Under the pieces are notes generated by a model that searched no databases, was not told the DNA's origin, and saw only the letters and a program-made list of their open reading frames with translations. Shown in pieces: positions 22,669 to 36,460 of a stretch of 64,000 nucleotides of DNA (its first letter is position 1; every line of letters begins with the position of its first letter). A program made the position numbers and the translations under genes. The stretch is from Ostrea edulis (Eukaryota): NCBI RefSeq assembly GCF_947568905.1, contig NC_079169.1, forward strand, positions 57,784,001 through 57,848,000. Reading direction: 5' to 3'.

Positions 22669-25600
22669 TTAAATCATTTCAATCAGTTTCTCTCCTTGCG
22701 ACCTCTGTAGTATATCTTCCGCTGTGATGGAGGGCACATCAAACGGAGCGTTTTTCCATCTCTTCTTAACATCTCTTCTTCCCATACTATCCTCCAACGA
22801 AAACCTCTCTATCTTCAATATTGGGAATTGTGCGTTTTTGTATATAGATACGTTTCCAAGATCAGACCCACAGGAGCGACAGAGGAGTTTACCAACAGCA
22901 CACTTCAGGTCTTCGTCCTGAAATTGCGGTTTTGGAAGACGTTTTCCTACTACCCGCTCTTTTATGTCATTACAAATACATGCATGGTGAGCGTCCTGGA
23001 TTTTCCGAACTTCATTTGACATGCAAATGTATTTGCTGCACTTCTCACACCTATTGGAAAGAAAATATACAATAAAATATTTCATATATGTTACCGGGTT
23101 CCAAGTAACCATAAAGACAAACACAATCGCTGTTTTCAATATTGTATTGATGGCACTGTAAATTATAGTCTGAAACAAACATATTCACATTCAATACACA
23201 ATAAAATAAGACATAGTAACATGAAACAAAGACAGATAATTTCACCTATATTCATATCGCAGAAATTATCTTAAGTGTTGTAGAAATGGTAAAACTAAAT
23301 TACTTTTACTATATGTATCATGATTTGATCAGAATAAAATATAATTTGCCAATATTTACTATTAATTCAATAGAAAATGAATATATCATAAACTTTTACT
23401 TCAGACTGGAATTATTAGGAAATCACACTCGCCCTGGTCTTCTAACGTTGTACTTGTTCAGAAGAAAGACAACTCTATACGATTCTGCATTGACTTTCGA
23501 CAACTCAACAAGAAAACTAAAAAAGATGCTTACGCTTTACCCAGAATTGAAGAACTCTTAGATTCAATGGCAGGCAACAAATTCTTTTCAGTTATCGACA
23601 TGAAATCTGGCTATCATCAAGTGGAAATATATGAACCTCATAAAGAAATAACTGCATTTACTGTTGGTCCACTTGGATTGTATGAATTCAATCGAATGCC
23701 ATTTGGTCTGTCGGGTGCTCCTGCAACTTACCAAAGATTGATGCAAGATATCTTAGGAGAACTTCATATGAAAATTTGCTGTATATTCATCGACGATATC
23801 ATAATCTTTTTCATCATCATTTGAAGAGCACATTTCCAATTTGAAAATAGTTTTTGATAAAATCCGAGAAGCTAATTTGAAATTGTCTCCAAAGAAATGC
23901 TCATTTTTTAAGTCAAATATGTAGGACACATTATTTCAGAAAATGGAGTTGAAACTGATCCAGAGAAAATAGACAAAATAGTTAATTGGCCTACTCCATC
24001 AACTGCAGAAGAAGTTAGAAAATTTATTGGATTTGCTGGTTATTACAGAAGATTCATACATCATTTTAGCCAAATTTCCAAACCATTAACTGAACTTATG
24101 CCAGTTCATAGTAAAAAGAAAGATAAGAAGAAGAAAACAGTTAAGCAGAAAGAATGGTCATGGGGAACTGAACACCAAGCAGCATTTGATACATTGAAAC
24201 AGAAGCTCTCTTCGTCTCCTATTCTTAGTTATCCAGACTGCAGTAAACCATTTGAAATTCATACTGATGCTAGTAGAATAGGACTTGGTGCTATACTCTA
24301 CCAAGAACAAGATGGTTTGAAGCGAGTAATTGCCTTTGCTAGTCGCAGTTTAACTAAATCAGAACAGAATTATCCGGCACATAAATTCGAATTTTTAGCG
24401 TTGAAAATGGGCCATCTGTGATAAATTTCATGATTATCTATATGGAAATTCTTTCACTGCAGTAACTGACAACAATCCTTTAACATATGTTCTGACAACC
24501 GCAAATTTAGATGCTACAGGACACCGATGGCTAGCAGCACTAGGAGTTTACAACTTTGAAATAAATTATCGGCCAGGCAAAAGCAACGAAGATGCAGACA
24601 CCTTATCAAGACTGCCTTCAACTGCAGAGAACATAAAAATATCAGCTGATTCTGTGAAGACTATCTGCAACAGAACAACTGTTCCATTTATTGAAACTAT
24701 ATCCTGTGACCAGAATACCATCAATAATGTTGAAATAGACCTTCACATGGACATCAGAAATGAAATCAATTGGGCGGATTTTCAAGATCAAGATTGTGTA
24801 TTAAGAATTTGGAAGAAATATGTCGGAGAGGGAAAGAAACCGAAGTGAGGTGAAGTTTCACCCAGTCCATTATTTAAGCTCTTCGATCAACTAATTCTGG
24901 AAGATGGAATTTTATACAGAACCGTCAAAATTCAAGAAGAAGACCAGAAGCAGTTAGTGGTGCCATCAGTCCAAAAAGCCAATATTTTAGAAGCTCTTCG
25001 TGATGAAATGGGTCATCAGGGTCGTGATAGAACTACCAATCTTATATGAGACATATTCTACTGGCCTGGTATGACGACTGATATAGAGAAATGGATCGGT
25101 CAGTGTCAGAATTGCATCAAAAGGAAGAAGGAACCATCGATTGCACCTTTGGTTAACATTGAAACTACTCAACCTCTAGAACTAGTGTGTATTGACTATT
25201 TATCTTTGGAAAAATCAAAAGGAGGATTTGAAAACATATTAGTCATAACTGATCACTTCACTAGATATGCTCAAGCCATACCTACTCGAAACCAAACTGC
25301 CAAAACCACTGCTGAAATTTATTCAATAACTTTATCAACCATTATGGAATACCACAAAGAATTCATTCGGATCAGAGGGCAAATTTCGAAAGTAATTTGA
25401 TGAAAGAGTTGTGTAATTTAATGGGAACCAACAAATTTAGAACTACTCCTTACCACCCCATGCGTAACGGAATGACTGAACGCTTCAATCGAACTCTCTT
25501 AAACATGCTAGGAACTTTAGACACAAGTAAGAAACAAAACTGGAAATCTTATGTTGCTACTATGGTCCATGCATACAATTGTACTAGACACAAGTCAACA

Positions 25601-28600
25601 GGTCAGTCTCCATATTTTCTAATGTTTGGCAGAAATCCAAATTTACCAGTCGACATTGCATTTGGTCTAGTAAGGAAGTACAGTCATAAACCACATACAA
25701 AGTATATTAAGGATCGTAGAAGCAGATTGGTTGAAGCTTACAAGACAGCTGCTGAACAAATTAAGAAGGCACAGAAAAAACAGAAAAGTAGATATGATTT
25801 GAAGACGAGGGGTGCAGTGATACAGAAAGGTGACAAAGTATTGGTCAAATTGGTCAGATTCGATGGAAAACACAAACTTTCTAACAAATGGGAAGATGAC
25901 ATCTACATTGGTACAAATCAACCAAATAGAAATATTCCAGTTTACACAGTCCAGAGAGAGAACGGTCTGGGGAAAGAAAGAACATTACATAGGAACTTAT
26001 TATTCCCTATTGGATATATCCATAATGAAAATTCAGCACCAGACAAACCAAGACCTAAACCTAGACCTAGAAAATCAAAGATAGCTGAAACCAGAATTCC
26101 AGAATTCAGTAGCTCATCAGATGAGGATGAAGTGTTGTTACGGAAACATGAGCTGACTTCAGCCAGTCAGGACCCTAATGATCTTCCGTCAATAACTACT
26201 TTGTCCGATGCTGGAAGCGCTTCCCACGCCACTGAAGTAGATGCTATGCTTAACACTGGTGTAGAAAGCGAGGAGGTTGATGAAGATGATGCAGCCACAG
26301 GAGGAGATGAAACATCCGAAGATGAAGTGGAGGAAATTCCTAGGCGTTCTACCAGAAGGAGAGAACCGCCAAAGTGGATGACCACTGGATAATTTGTGGT
26401 TAAATCAGCAACTACAAAGAACTGGAAAGAAAGAGCAGATTATGCTGTTAAGCTAATGGAAAGAGGTTTAATCCAAAATGCAGAGAAAACGTCTGATGCC
26501 ATTTTGAATTTTATATTAACTTCATAATGTAAACCAGCATTCGAACGGTTTATCCAGTATTGAAATTTTAGTTCAACTTGAAGATATCTATCCAGATATC
26601 AACTCGACATTGACATTAACCTTTTTTGTGTCCTGAGATGTGGCTCTTGGATCCCATATTCCTGTTCCTGCAGTAGATGACGGGAATGACATGGAAGTCA
26701 TTTTTCAAGGAGGGGGAGTATGTGGTAGTGTGTGTGTGTGTAAATAAATTTTTAAATCCCAATTTAAATAAGTTTATACATGTCACTAAATTATAAAGTA
26801 TTACATTAATTGCTTTCCTTAAGGTTATTTTAATAAACCCTTGATAAATTATTATGTGTTGTATGGATTTCCATAGATTGTCATTAGTGACTAGTGTTGT
26901 TTATGGGTGATTGATTTTGGAGGTTTTGGTTGGTTAAAAGTTTAGGTCAGGTGATTTTCTTAGAGTTCTTTCTAGTCTATTCAATTATCTTTGAATATAA
27001 CACTTTTGCCAGTTAAGCTGAATGGTTGCATTTCCTATATACTGTGATCTTTCTTTTTATGGGACTTTAATCATTGCAGTGCAGAGCTACCTGATGTGTT
27101 GATTGGTCGTACTGGTCTGGTACCACATATTGGACTATAATTTACAGTGCCATCAATACAATATTGAAAACAGCGATTGTGTTTGTCTTTATGGTTACGT
27201 GGAACCCGGTAACATATATGAAAGGCGATATATGCACTAACAATTGTCGTTTCTCAATAAAGGAATATTTACTAATCCACTTTACCGTAAAACGTATTCC
27301 CCTTGGCGAACAATTTGACCATCTTTATTCTGTGCAGCAAGATCGCGCTCAGTTTTGGATTTCTTCTGCATAAATAGAATTATATCCATGCACTTTCTGC
27401 GGTTTGTACGGAACTTTTCCCTCAGCATTTCTATTGCACGGTTCATCATGGCTTCGCGGATCATGTTCAATTCCTCCCTCTCTGCTGTTTTGTCGCCTTG
27501 TGCTGCTACAACGTAGTATTTTCCATTCTCTCTTCTTCCTCTTCCTGCAATTGTACAATAAAATCACAATAATCAGAAACATTTCATCAATGTTCGACAA
27601 AAGTGATGGCGTATTCACCTTTCGCTTCCTAAAGTTCTAACATCGCATACAGTACCTCTTGCTTGAACCATAGCGATCTCGTTGCTGACGTATGAGTACC
27701 GAATGACGAGGTTGCATTTCTGAATATCTAACCCCTCTTCTGCTACTGACGTTGCAATTACAATCTTGTGTTTGCCATCTTTGAACAATGTCAAGGCATC
27801 AGTTTGTTGAACTTTAGTCATCCCTACGGCAAAGATAGGTAATAGTTAAAGTAATTTGAAGGACAAATTGTGCCAGATATACCGATCTATGGGTTATTTT
27901 CTGCTTTTACGGATGGGGAAACAACTGGGAGACATACAATTACGGTGGAAATAGGAAAAACATACTTTTGACAATACCCATTTCTTGAATTCTATTGTGT
28001 AATATCGTGTTGATTTTCTTCTCCTCAAATAGGTCTATCATGTTATATAAGATTATGTGTGTATAGACCGTTGCACGTGGACTCTTACATACAATTTATC
28101 AGAAAATGAGTACCTCCTGCGTTGCATTTCGCTTGGGCACCAGTGAACATGACTGGTTTGAATTGTCGAAGGTCTTCCGTCTCTTCCATCCAGCGATGGA
28201 TTGCTTTCACTAGATCTCGTGTTCTCACAAAGATAATTCCACGGGAATCTGGCACAGTTGCAAAAGCATTTATAACCAGTTTTTGTAGTTCAAGGAGTTT
28301 TGGGTTGTCGTGATTTGGGTCATCTGCATTTATTTGCAAATTTGCCTGACTCTCTGTAAACAAATAAGATTAAATACAATTATGATTTTTGATAGTTGTT
28401 CTCCTCCTAGACACCTGATCCCTCCTCTAGTGTGTCCAAGGATCCGTGTTTGTTCTATTCTTAATTTGTATCTTTTATGGGATTTATGAGACTGATCACT
28501 GTTTGTTATGTATATTTGTGATACTTTTATTAATCAAATGATCTGATTGAGTTGTATTTGGACATTTCGCTTTATGATGTGATACTAGCTTTATGATCAT

Positions 28601-31600
28601 ATGAATTTATAGAACGAAATTTTTCCGGTATCTATTTTTATACAATCTTCATATGATGTGAAAATGCTATTAACTTTGCAAGTTCATTAAAATCTTAGTT
28701 GTCAGTCTGTCTAACAAGCAAGGTCTTATATGAAGCCATCTTCACATCTCAAGGGTTATTGATTCGTTACATCGTACTAACCCTTGACATCAGTCACCAT
28801 TCAAAACATGGGTTCTAGACAGAGCATATGATTGGTGTTGCAGCCTGTAGCGTGGAGTCTATCAGAAAACGGTTTTTATAATCTGTCAAAAACGAAACTA
28901 AACACGTATAGCGACGACAACATGGTGTAGAATTTGTGGCCAGTTACCAGTAGACAGATACCGTCGATTGATTTTAAGAAATTAATTTTCTTTGAAGAAA
29001 CAATTAAACGAAGTTTTAGATGCTTTTCACTTATCTTTTCTTCAATAGACGACATTTTTTACATTCTGGTTATGTTCTTAATCAAACTTGCAGCTGATAC
29101 AAGAAATATCATTGGCTGATTTAAAGTTTAGCGTAGTGTGTCATTCTACATCTCCAAATCTTTAATGGTGACTCTCAAAACTCCTATAAGGTATACGAAA
29201 AAGAGAGTTGAACAAACACGGACCACAATGGCTCTGGAGAAGAAATTGAAAATATGAAAAAATCACGGACAGATTACAGGTGCGAAACAGGTGTGAAGAC
29301 GGAAGACAAATCTCGATCAAAAAGTTCTTTCAACTTTCAGCTCGACTGAGCTAGGATCAAATAAATTTCAAATCAGTCCTTATTTTCTTCTAAGAAAGCA
29401 GTTTTTATTGTTACAAAACCCTTTGGTTTAATCGTATTAACCCTCAGTTTAATTTTGATTTCAACATCAAGCGATGAAACCTTGTCTTGGCTTACCAGTA
29501 CAGAGGCGAATCCATGACACTACTAAAGGGGGTTTATACTTTTTCTGTCACAAAAGGGGGTTACAGAACTAATATTTCTCAACAAAGAGCGGTGGTACAA
29601 CACCATCCAGATCGCAAACTACACTGTGCACCCTGTCCGATTACTTGAGAAATTCAAGCGATGTGGGGAGCTTTAATGAAAAGATTAACTTATCCTCGAA
29701 AAAAATTGAATTGTAATGAATGGAGAATACATTGGTCCGATGTTTTTCAGACACAAAAAAGCCATACACCTTCAGTTTACCATGATAAATGACCAAAGAA
29801 CCGGGTCTATTTTTCCTATTATATAATAGCATAGGTGCATGTTCTTATAACTACATGTATTTATAAACACAATCTTATCCCATTTTACGGCCTAGCATAA
29901 GGGAAGGTAGTGCTATTGAGGGGTTAACAAACTGTCCTCCAACCAGCACAAAGTATACTGTATACATGTAAAACTTGTACGGTACCAATTTGGATGCACC
30001 AGATGCGCATTTCGACAAATCTAAGGCTTCAACTCTTACTTTCAAAGAATGACTTCAGCTTTTTGTCAGTGTCGTCTGCGATGAGATGTTCATCCCACTT
30101 TTTCAGCTCTTCTCTGATGAATGCTAGAGAGTCCGAGGCTCGAGCGTCGGTGTAAATGATCAGTGCTTTGTTGTACATCTTGAAATAGGGAGAGAAAGAA
30201 ATATGATTTTGTTTGCAGAGTATTTTATGTTATCATTATCAATTAATATAAATATTCCCAAGAATATCACAAGGACTTTGAATGGTTTTTATTAATATCA
30301 CTCTAGATTTGAGATTTTCATTAATGTTTCGCTAAGCATAACCCGAATTTTTCGTAAGTGTAGTAGCTAAAAAAGGTGCACGTGTTCATCATTGCTTTGA
30401 AGAAATATTAATCAAATTTCGTCAAGAAACAATATTTCGTTACATCCAGGTAGACCCGGCAGGTATGGATGAAACGCCTTGCTTTCTCGTCCACTATTTT
30501 GGCCTCCTCTTTCCATAGACGGCTTAGCCACTGTGTGTACTGGTCATTGCCTCTAGCAGCAGGTGGCTTTAAAATGGATTGGTCTCCCAACTGTGTTGAA
30601 TCTGTCAAATGAAAAAATGTTTTATGAAATTGCAAAGTGTTTGAAAATCGTTAATTTTTTCCCATTGAGATTTTCTTGTACGTTTCGAATTGATCATCCA
30701 TTTCTGTATAGCTGCCATGATCCCTTCAATGGTTCTTCCAAAGTCATTTTTCTTTCTGTGGGGTGTTTTCTTTACGTCTGAAAGTGGTAAAAGATAAATA
30801 CTTTATTATTTATTTTTTGGTCTACTGGCGTATAAACATGTAGCTTGAAATTATCAATGCTTCTAATAATTTTCACAATTTCTTTTTCCATTTCCAAGAA
30901 GTTTAAAATTCAGGGGTTTTTTCATGTACATTCTATATATGCTACGATATATGCAGTAAAGCTGAATTTTACAATTTTTGAAGCTAAAGGTCGTGCATGT
31001 ATGTTCTCATATTTCATAATGAATTTCAATCTGTCTTTCAAATTTACCGAACGGATTTCATTAATAAATGTCAATGTCTCACAAACTTTCATCGGAAAAT
31101 GACCAAATGTCCATTATTAGCTGAATGAGATACAAAATGTAGTTGCATTTTAAGTGATATTGATCGGTAAGATGGTCGTCACTCTAGATATAAATCTTAA
31201 TATTTGATCTTAAAATTACATTGCTCGGGAATATTGACATGTTGTGCTAATTCTGTCCTATTATCTTCCACTACACTTAGTTCTTCAGCATCCATATTAG
31301 CCATCATGCTGTATATCCACTCCATTGCTTTCTCCTCATTTTTGGCCTTTCCGACACCCACAGATGCCGTCAAGCCAACAATCTATAAATAGAAAGCATT
31401 TCATGGAAATTTAATCGTATAGATATCATTATCAAATACCGAGTATTTTATAAACATTCAATTTTCATGTTTTCCAGATCACCTGAGGAAGTTGTTTGTG
31501 TCTGTCTTCAAGTTTCAAATCCAGATAATGTGACATGATTTGGTTATAAGGATGCTTTGCATGAGAGTGGTGACACTCATCAAATATTATCAAAGAAAAG

Positions 31601-34068
31601 TCCTCAATCCGAACGTCTCCGACCGCTAATGCGTTGACCAAAATTTGAGAGGTGATTACAAGGATATCTTTCCTAAAATAGAATTTCAAAATTCCCATTT
31701 ATCTATTTATTTGTTTGTCTTATGTTTTGTAAATTGTTTGAAAAACATAAAAAGATTTACTGTTGTATCCAACAGGACAAATTTTGAAGACTTTCAGTTC
31801 TCTGTTTTTCTCCAGTGATGACTTTCACTTTACAGGCTAAGAACTCTTTACAGACTTTCCCCTGCTGTTCAGCAAGGGCACTTTGTTCCACAAGGAAGGC
31901 CACTTTTGTGATATGTAGACGCCTACGTTTTTCTCTGTGATTCTACAAGATTTGTTAGCTTAATAGTTGATACAGAAGCCTATTGTTGACAAGAGAATCT
32001 ACTAGCGCTTCTAATTTGTACATCACTGATACTGAATGATTTCCATATATAAGATAAATTCGCACCTGGATTATTTTCATGGCAACGTGAGTTTTTCCGC
32101 TCCCTGTTGGAGCAACTATGATGCAGTTTTTATCATCGAGAGCTGCTCTGGCTAGTTCTAACTGGTAATTTCTCAACTGGAGTTGTTTAGCAGGTATGGC
32201 ATCTTCATCGCTTGAACTGTCTGAATTGTTACCATCCACGGACTGTACATCTTCAAAGTGAAAGATAATCGTGTCAAAACAATACCAGAGATGTGCACTC
32301 TATCCATGATGGCTTTTTTGGGGGAGAGGGCCTACATAGGCTATGCCTGTTGCCCAATCCTGTTGAGTTTCTCAATAAAATATGTTTAAATTAAAATGAT
32401 GGCTTTTTAAAAATATTTGATAACTTAATTTTAGTCCATTACCTAATTCTGGTCCAACGATGTTCGGACGGGAGCCTCCTTCTCTCTGAATAATGTCGTC
32501 TACACTGTTTCCAATGCTATCTAACAACTTGTCAACAGTGGATGAATGGATACTACTTAAATTACCGGAGTATTCCCCACTCACGGAAGTAAAATCTGTT
32601 CCCGATGGTCGATCACTCATAGAGGAAATCTCTCTTCCTAAAGGTGTATCACTATTAGAGAGAGAGTATGGCATAGGCATTTTTCCTACAGGGAGGGCTA
32701 AATCTGGTAGGGATTCTTTCGCATGTGACTTGCTTTTAGAATTTGCCTGATATTGGCGTTGAAAGTTATCTTGAGCTTCCCTTTTTTCGCGTTTTATTTG
32801 GTCCTCTTCTTCTAAATCGCAGTTCGAGAGCATTGAATCCAGAGTAAGTTCACTCTCTTCCGAAATTGATAGATCGGCAGGCGGGATTGATTGATTTGCA
32901 AAGGAATTTTGAGGTGGACCTGAATCTTAAGACAATATTAACATTAATGTTTCTCATTGTTTAGCCATACTTAGTTTACATTCTGTCTTCAATGAACAAA
33001 ATGATAATATTTACCTGATGTGTAGTCCTCCAGGATAGATATGGGTTTCATTGCAGACGTACCAAATGATGTCCTTGTGTCACTCTCATTCTGTGATTTC
33101 CAGGCTGTGAAGATAAATATTCTCTTACAAATTATGAATAAAATACAACTGTTCATAGACATCAAATATCATACTTACATTGAGCAAATTCGATGTCCAT
33201 ATTTTCCACTATTGTAAGATGCCCTGCAGAACACAAAACTTCCAGAAGTCCATGGTACCAATCATCGTGTCGTTTCCACACTCTGTCTAGGAGCACCGTG
33301 GTACCGGCTATTTTTCCATGGTTGTTCATCTCTGCCTGAATCTCCTCTATATCAACATTGTTCAGTAACCCTCGACTTGACAGGTCTGGAAGAAGATTAC
33401 TGGGGTCTAATCGATGAACTAGTTTGGCGTTATGTCTCAATAATAGTTTTCTGTACTTTTTGAAAACATCACTTTTTACTTCCCCTCCTTTCAATGCCCT
33501 CGCAACATATCTGTATTCTGCAAGGAAAATTTTTAAAGGTTAAATCGAAAATAAATAGTCTATACAATAGTGTACATATGAAACTTGCATGTATGAAATC
33601 AGTGTTCCTTACACTTACCATTTGCTTCTAGAGCTTCTACAAATTTGTTCCATTTATTTGGCTTTTCACTATCCAGTAACAAATTCAAAAGGCAGTCCAT
33701 CGATTGAATGCTCCCGCAGTTTTTACCAGTTTGGCGAACTTCTTGACGACCCCCTGTGGGGAAAACATGATATTTTGACATTTTATATGTCTTATGATAA
33801 AAGTAACACTTGCATTAGATATATTTTCAAACATCATTTTGAATTCTTTACGATCAAAATTTGAGAGATACGCGACCAAAGAGTTTGACTTACTGGGGTC
33901 GATGACATCACTGAGATGAGACACTAGTTCCAATCCACTTACACATTGTACGATTAGTGGTCTATACAGCTCAATAAGTTTGGGAATTTCTGGAGTGTCC
34001 AGGGTACACGTAATACTATTCAAAGCGGACAGCGAACTCATAGGCTCGGGGCCACAGCAGTCCTCCAT
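22669..34068 (-). CDS. RIG-I-like receptor A (2xCARD, DExD/H helicase, Zn-binding CTD), 16 exons, 1125 aa, intact
   Basis: Exons: 33894-34068, 33619-33753, 33179-33517, 33015-33104, 32443-32919, 32066-32250, 31761-31942, 31483-31672, 31220-31382, 30682-30777, 30444-30601, 30040-30178, 28114-28353, 27656-27823, 27286-27544, 22669-23050. All introns are GT-AG and the exons total 3378 nt in frame. Motifs: [43 protein letters not shown]; CTD CEKC...CRSC. Confidence 0.93.
23080..23170. repeat. Left arm of a 91-bp inverted repeat (partner at 27133-27223)
   Basis: tttcatatatgttaccgggttccaagtaacc...aattatagtc is the reverse complement of 27133-27223, with one mismatch seen. Confidence 0.9.
23400..27127 (+). 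mobile_element. 5'-truncated, degenerate Ty3/Gypsy LTR retrotransposon in the last intron of RLR-A (antisense to host)
   Basis: Domain order is RT ([28 protein letters not shown]), RNase H ([13 protein letters not shown]), integrase ([27 protein letters not shown]). There are many frameshifts and stops. PPT at about 26707-26720. No gag, protease or 5' LTR was seen. Confidence 0.92.
26721..27127 (+). repeat. 3' LTR of the Gypsy element (407 bp)
   Basis: Starts TGTGGTA directly after the PPT aaggagggggagta and ends with the inverted terminus TACCACA. Confidence 0.8.
27133..27223. repeat. Right arm of the 91-bp inverted repeat
   Basis: gactataatttacagtgcc...ggtaacatatatgaaa is the reverse complement of 23080-23170. 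Confidence 0.9.
29965..30020 (-). mobile_element. Fragment of the hammerhead/retrozyme repeat family
   Basis: The reverse complement reads atttgtcgaaatgcgcatctggtgcatccaaattggtaccg, matching 3088-3128. The CUGANGA half is missing. Confidence 0.75.
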
Positions 34069-34524
34069 TTTTCACCTTTAATGGAAGTCAACGTAAACTA
34101 TGCTGTCATTGTCTGGTAAATTATCTTCATCGAAAGATATCCTTATTAAATACTTGTAGATTTTAATTAAAGAATGTTTTAAAATTACCTGATATAGATG
34201 TATATTTCCGAAAAGTCCGTGTTTGTAAAAATATTAACTTTTTTCTGCAAACAGTTATTAACAACATTTACTTTCTGTTTGATTTCTGTGTATGGCTCTA
34301 TAAATAGTTTATCGTCTATTTTTAGGTATCCGTGTTTTCCACAAACCACGTTTTGGTGGTTTGTAAAACGTGGATAAGGTTTAAACTAAAAAACATTTTT
34401 CGACTCTATCATGAATAAAATTGGTATCCTGTACACACTTTCCATGGCACCGTATTCTTAGATATTTTCTTTGAAACGTGTTTTCAGAGGGAAAATGCAG
34501 ACGACAATACAATACACAAGTGGA

Positions 34525-34866
34525 TGCTTGATTGATTGTACAATGTTTAACGCCTCTCTCTCGAAAAGTTTTTACTCATATTGAGACGTCACCAAGACCG
34601 GTAAAGGGCTTCAAATAGGCCTTTGCTCGGCGCGTACGGCCTTTGAGCAGCGAGGATTCTTTAACGTGATAACCTACTGTTGCACTAGACATCCGTTTTT
34701 AAGGTTATCTCTGAGGACCCGTGACATTCACACCTGATGCCGAGCGTTTGGCGATGGAACTGTCACTACCTGTTTTAACGAATTTGGTCTGTCGCGGCCG
34801 GGATTTCAACCCCGGCCTTCCGCATGCGGGGTGAACGCTCTAACCTCTAGACCACCGCGGCAGTTC
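34525..34866 (-). mobile_element. Near full-length tRNA-derived SINE between the two RLR genes
   Basis: Minus-strand head gccgcggtggtctagaggttagagcg...gggttgaaatccc (A and B boxes), the conserved body and a (caat)n tail. Confidence 0.75.
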
Positions 34867-35479
34867 CCATGTGAATGACTAACTAAAGCAAATATATATA
34901 TACCTAGATATAATATGTATTCCTTTAACTGTACTATACGAAGCGATGGTCGCCCTTATTTACGTTTCAAAAATGTCTGATCGAGAGCATGCAACATTGA
35001 CCCAAACACATGGAAATATTTTGCTCATGGACGCACTGCATGGAAAGAAATGACAACAGGTGGCTTGAGACACGGTTAAACACCTCACCATACGCTACGC
35101 CATATTCTGCAGACTGAAGGAGACCAAACAAACAAAACTTGAACTGTTACTATTTTATTGTAAATTCATTACTTCTAAAGAAAGCAATTTTCTTTTCAAT
35201 TTACATGCATGTATAAATAGTGTGACACTAAGATGAATTTTTCAATACGTATTTTCTTTTTCATTAACCTACCAGTATATATAAAATGAGGAAGCTTCAC
35301 GAACTGCGTCATTTCCCTGTACATTTTCTAAAACTTTAGAAATAATTGATTATGGCTAAAGGACAAAGGTATCTAAAAAAAAAATTATCTACTTTACCGC
35401 ATTAACATGTATGTACCTGTGTATAATTTATCAAAGATTTATATTTAAGAAATAATTTTCATATTTGCAAGCACATGAG

Positions 35480-35741
35480 GCGTGAACTGAAACGCTTTAC
35501 GTCAGCATACTTCGTTTAAAAAAAATATTCTGACGCAAAGCGCTGCTGTTCATACCCTTTTTGTATTTTCGAAAACTGAAATTTATTTTATATTTACATT
35601 TTACTTTCATTTCTGTCGTAATTTCCAGTCATTCAAATAGCCGTACTACGTTTACCAAGATTCATGCTCACATTGCTTACATTCATGAGAAAATGGCTAT
35701 CATTTCAGTTGTATTGGTAAAATCGAAGGTAAAACATTGGA

Positions 35742-35817
<76 letters not shown>

Positions 35818-36300
35818 GAAATGTTACAACTTACTGTTTAGTGTATGTTTTACATAGCTACTCCTACAGAGCTTTTGATAACGTCCCTGCACTCCTTATA
35901 CACCTTGTTATGTGGTAATAAAAATAGATAGATAGATAAAATAAAATATGATGAAAATAGAATGTAACGAATATAAAAAAAAAAAAAAAAATACACGTAC
36001 ATGACAACATGCAATAAAAGTGTCGCCACTGAACCCCTAGATGGTTGTCCTATTATAAAGCATGATATATGAAAAGATGCAAAACAATGCAAATTCGATC
36101 TCAGCACAGTCTGATTAAAATCAAACCTCTCACTCGCTATCACAGCGATACCTCTCAATGATTTCGGTTTTTCATTAGATACGAAACAATATTTTATACA
36201 GTGCCGTATAGCATTTTTCGGAAATGTGTTTATAATTTTAGCAACAGAAAAATCTGACATAACTGCATATGGAAGATACATTTAGTTTCATTTTACATGT
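35480..36300. promoter_or_regulatory. Cluster of IRF/ISRE-like motifs in the shared divergent RLR promoter
   Basis: GAACTGAAAC (35484-93), GAAAACTGAAA (35571-81), TTTTACTTTCATTTC (35599-613) and AGTTTCATTTT (36284-94), plus an inverted pair of TGACG half-sites (35493-35542). Motif similarity only. Confidence 0.45.
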
Positions 36301-36460
36301 CGGTACACAGGTGACGATATGTATTTTGGTGTCCACATGTAAGTATGTCAATATTATTGTTTGCGTGGATGTTGGTGTTTGTTTTTGTTTTCAAAATTGT
36401 ATGATCAGTGATTTTAATTATAGAGTGTGTTGGTGAGAGGTCAAATAGCACTACTGGACG

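Noticed and set aside
30602-30681. Weak donor (GTACAA) of RLR-A intron 10 as evidence of pseudogenisation
   Set aside because: It is still GT-AG, gives a 96-nt exon identical in length and phase to RLR-B exon 10, and preserves the reading frame.
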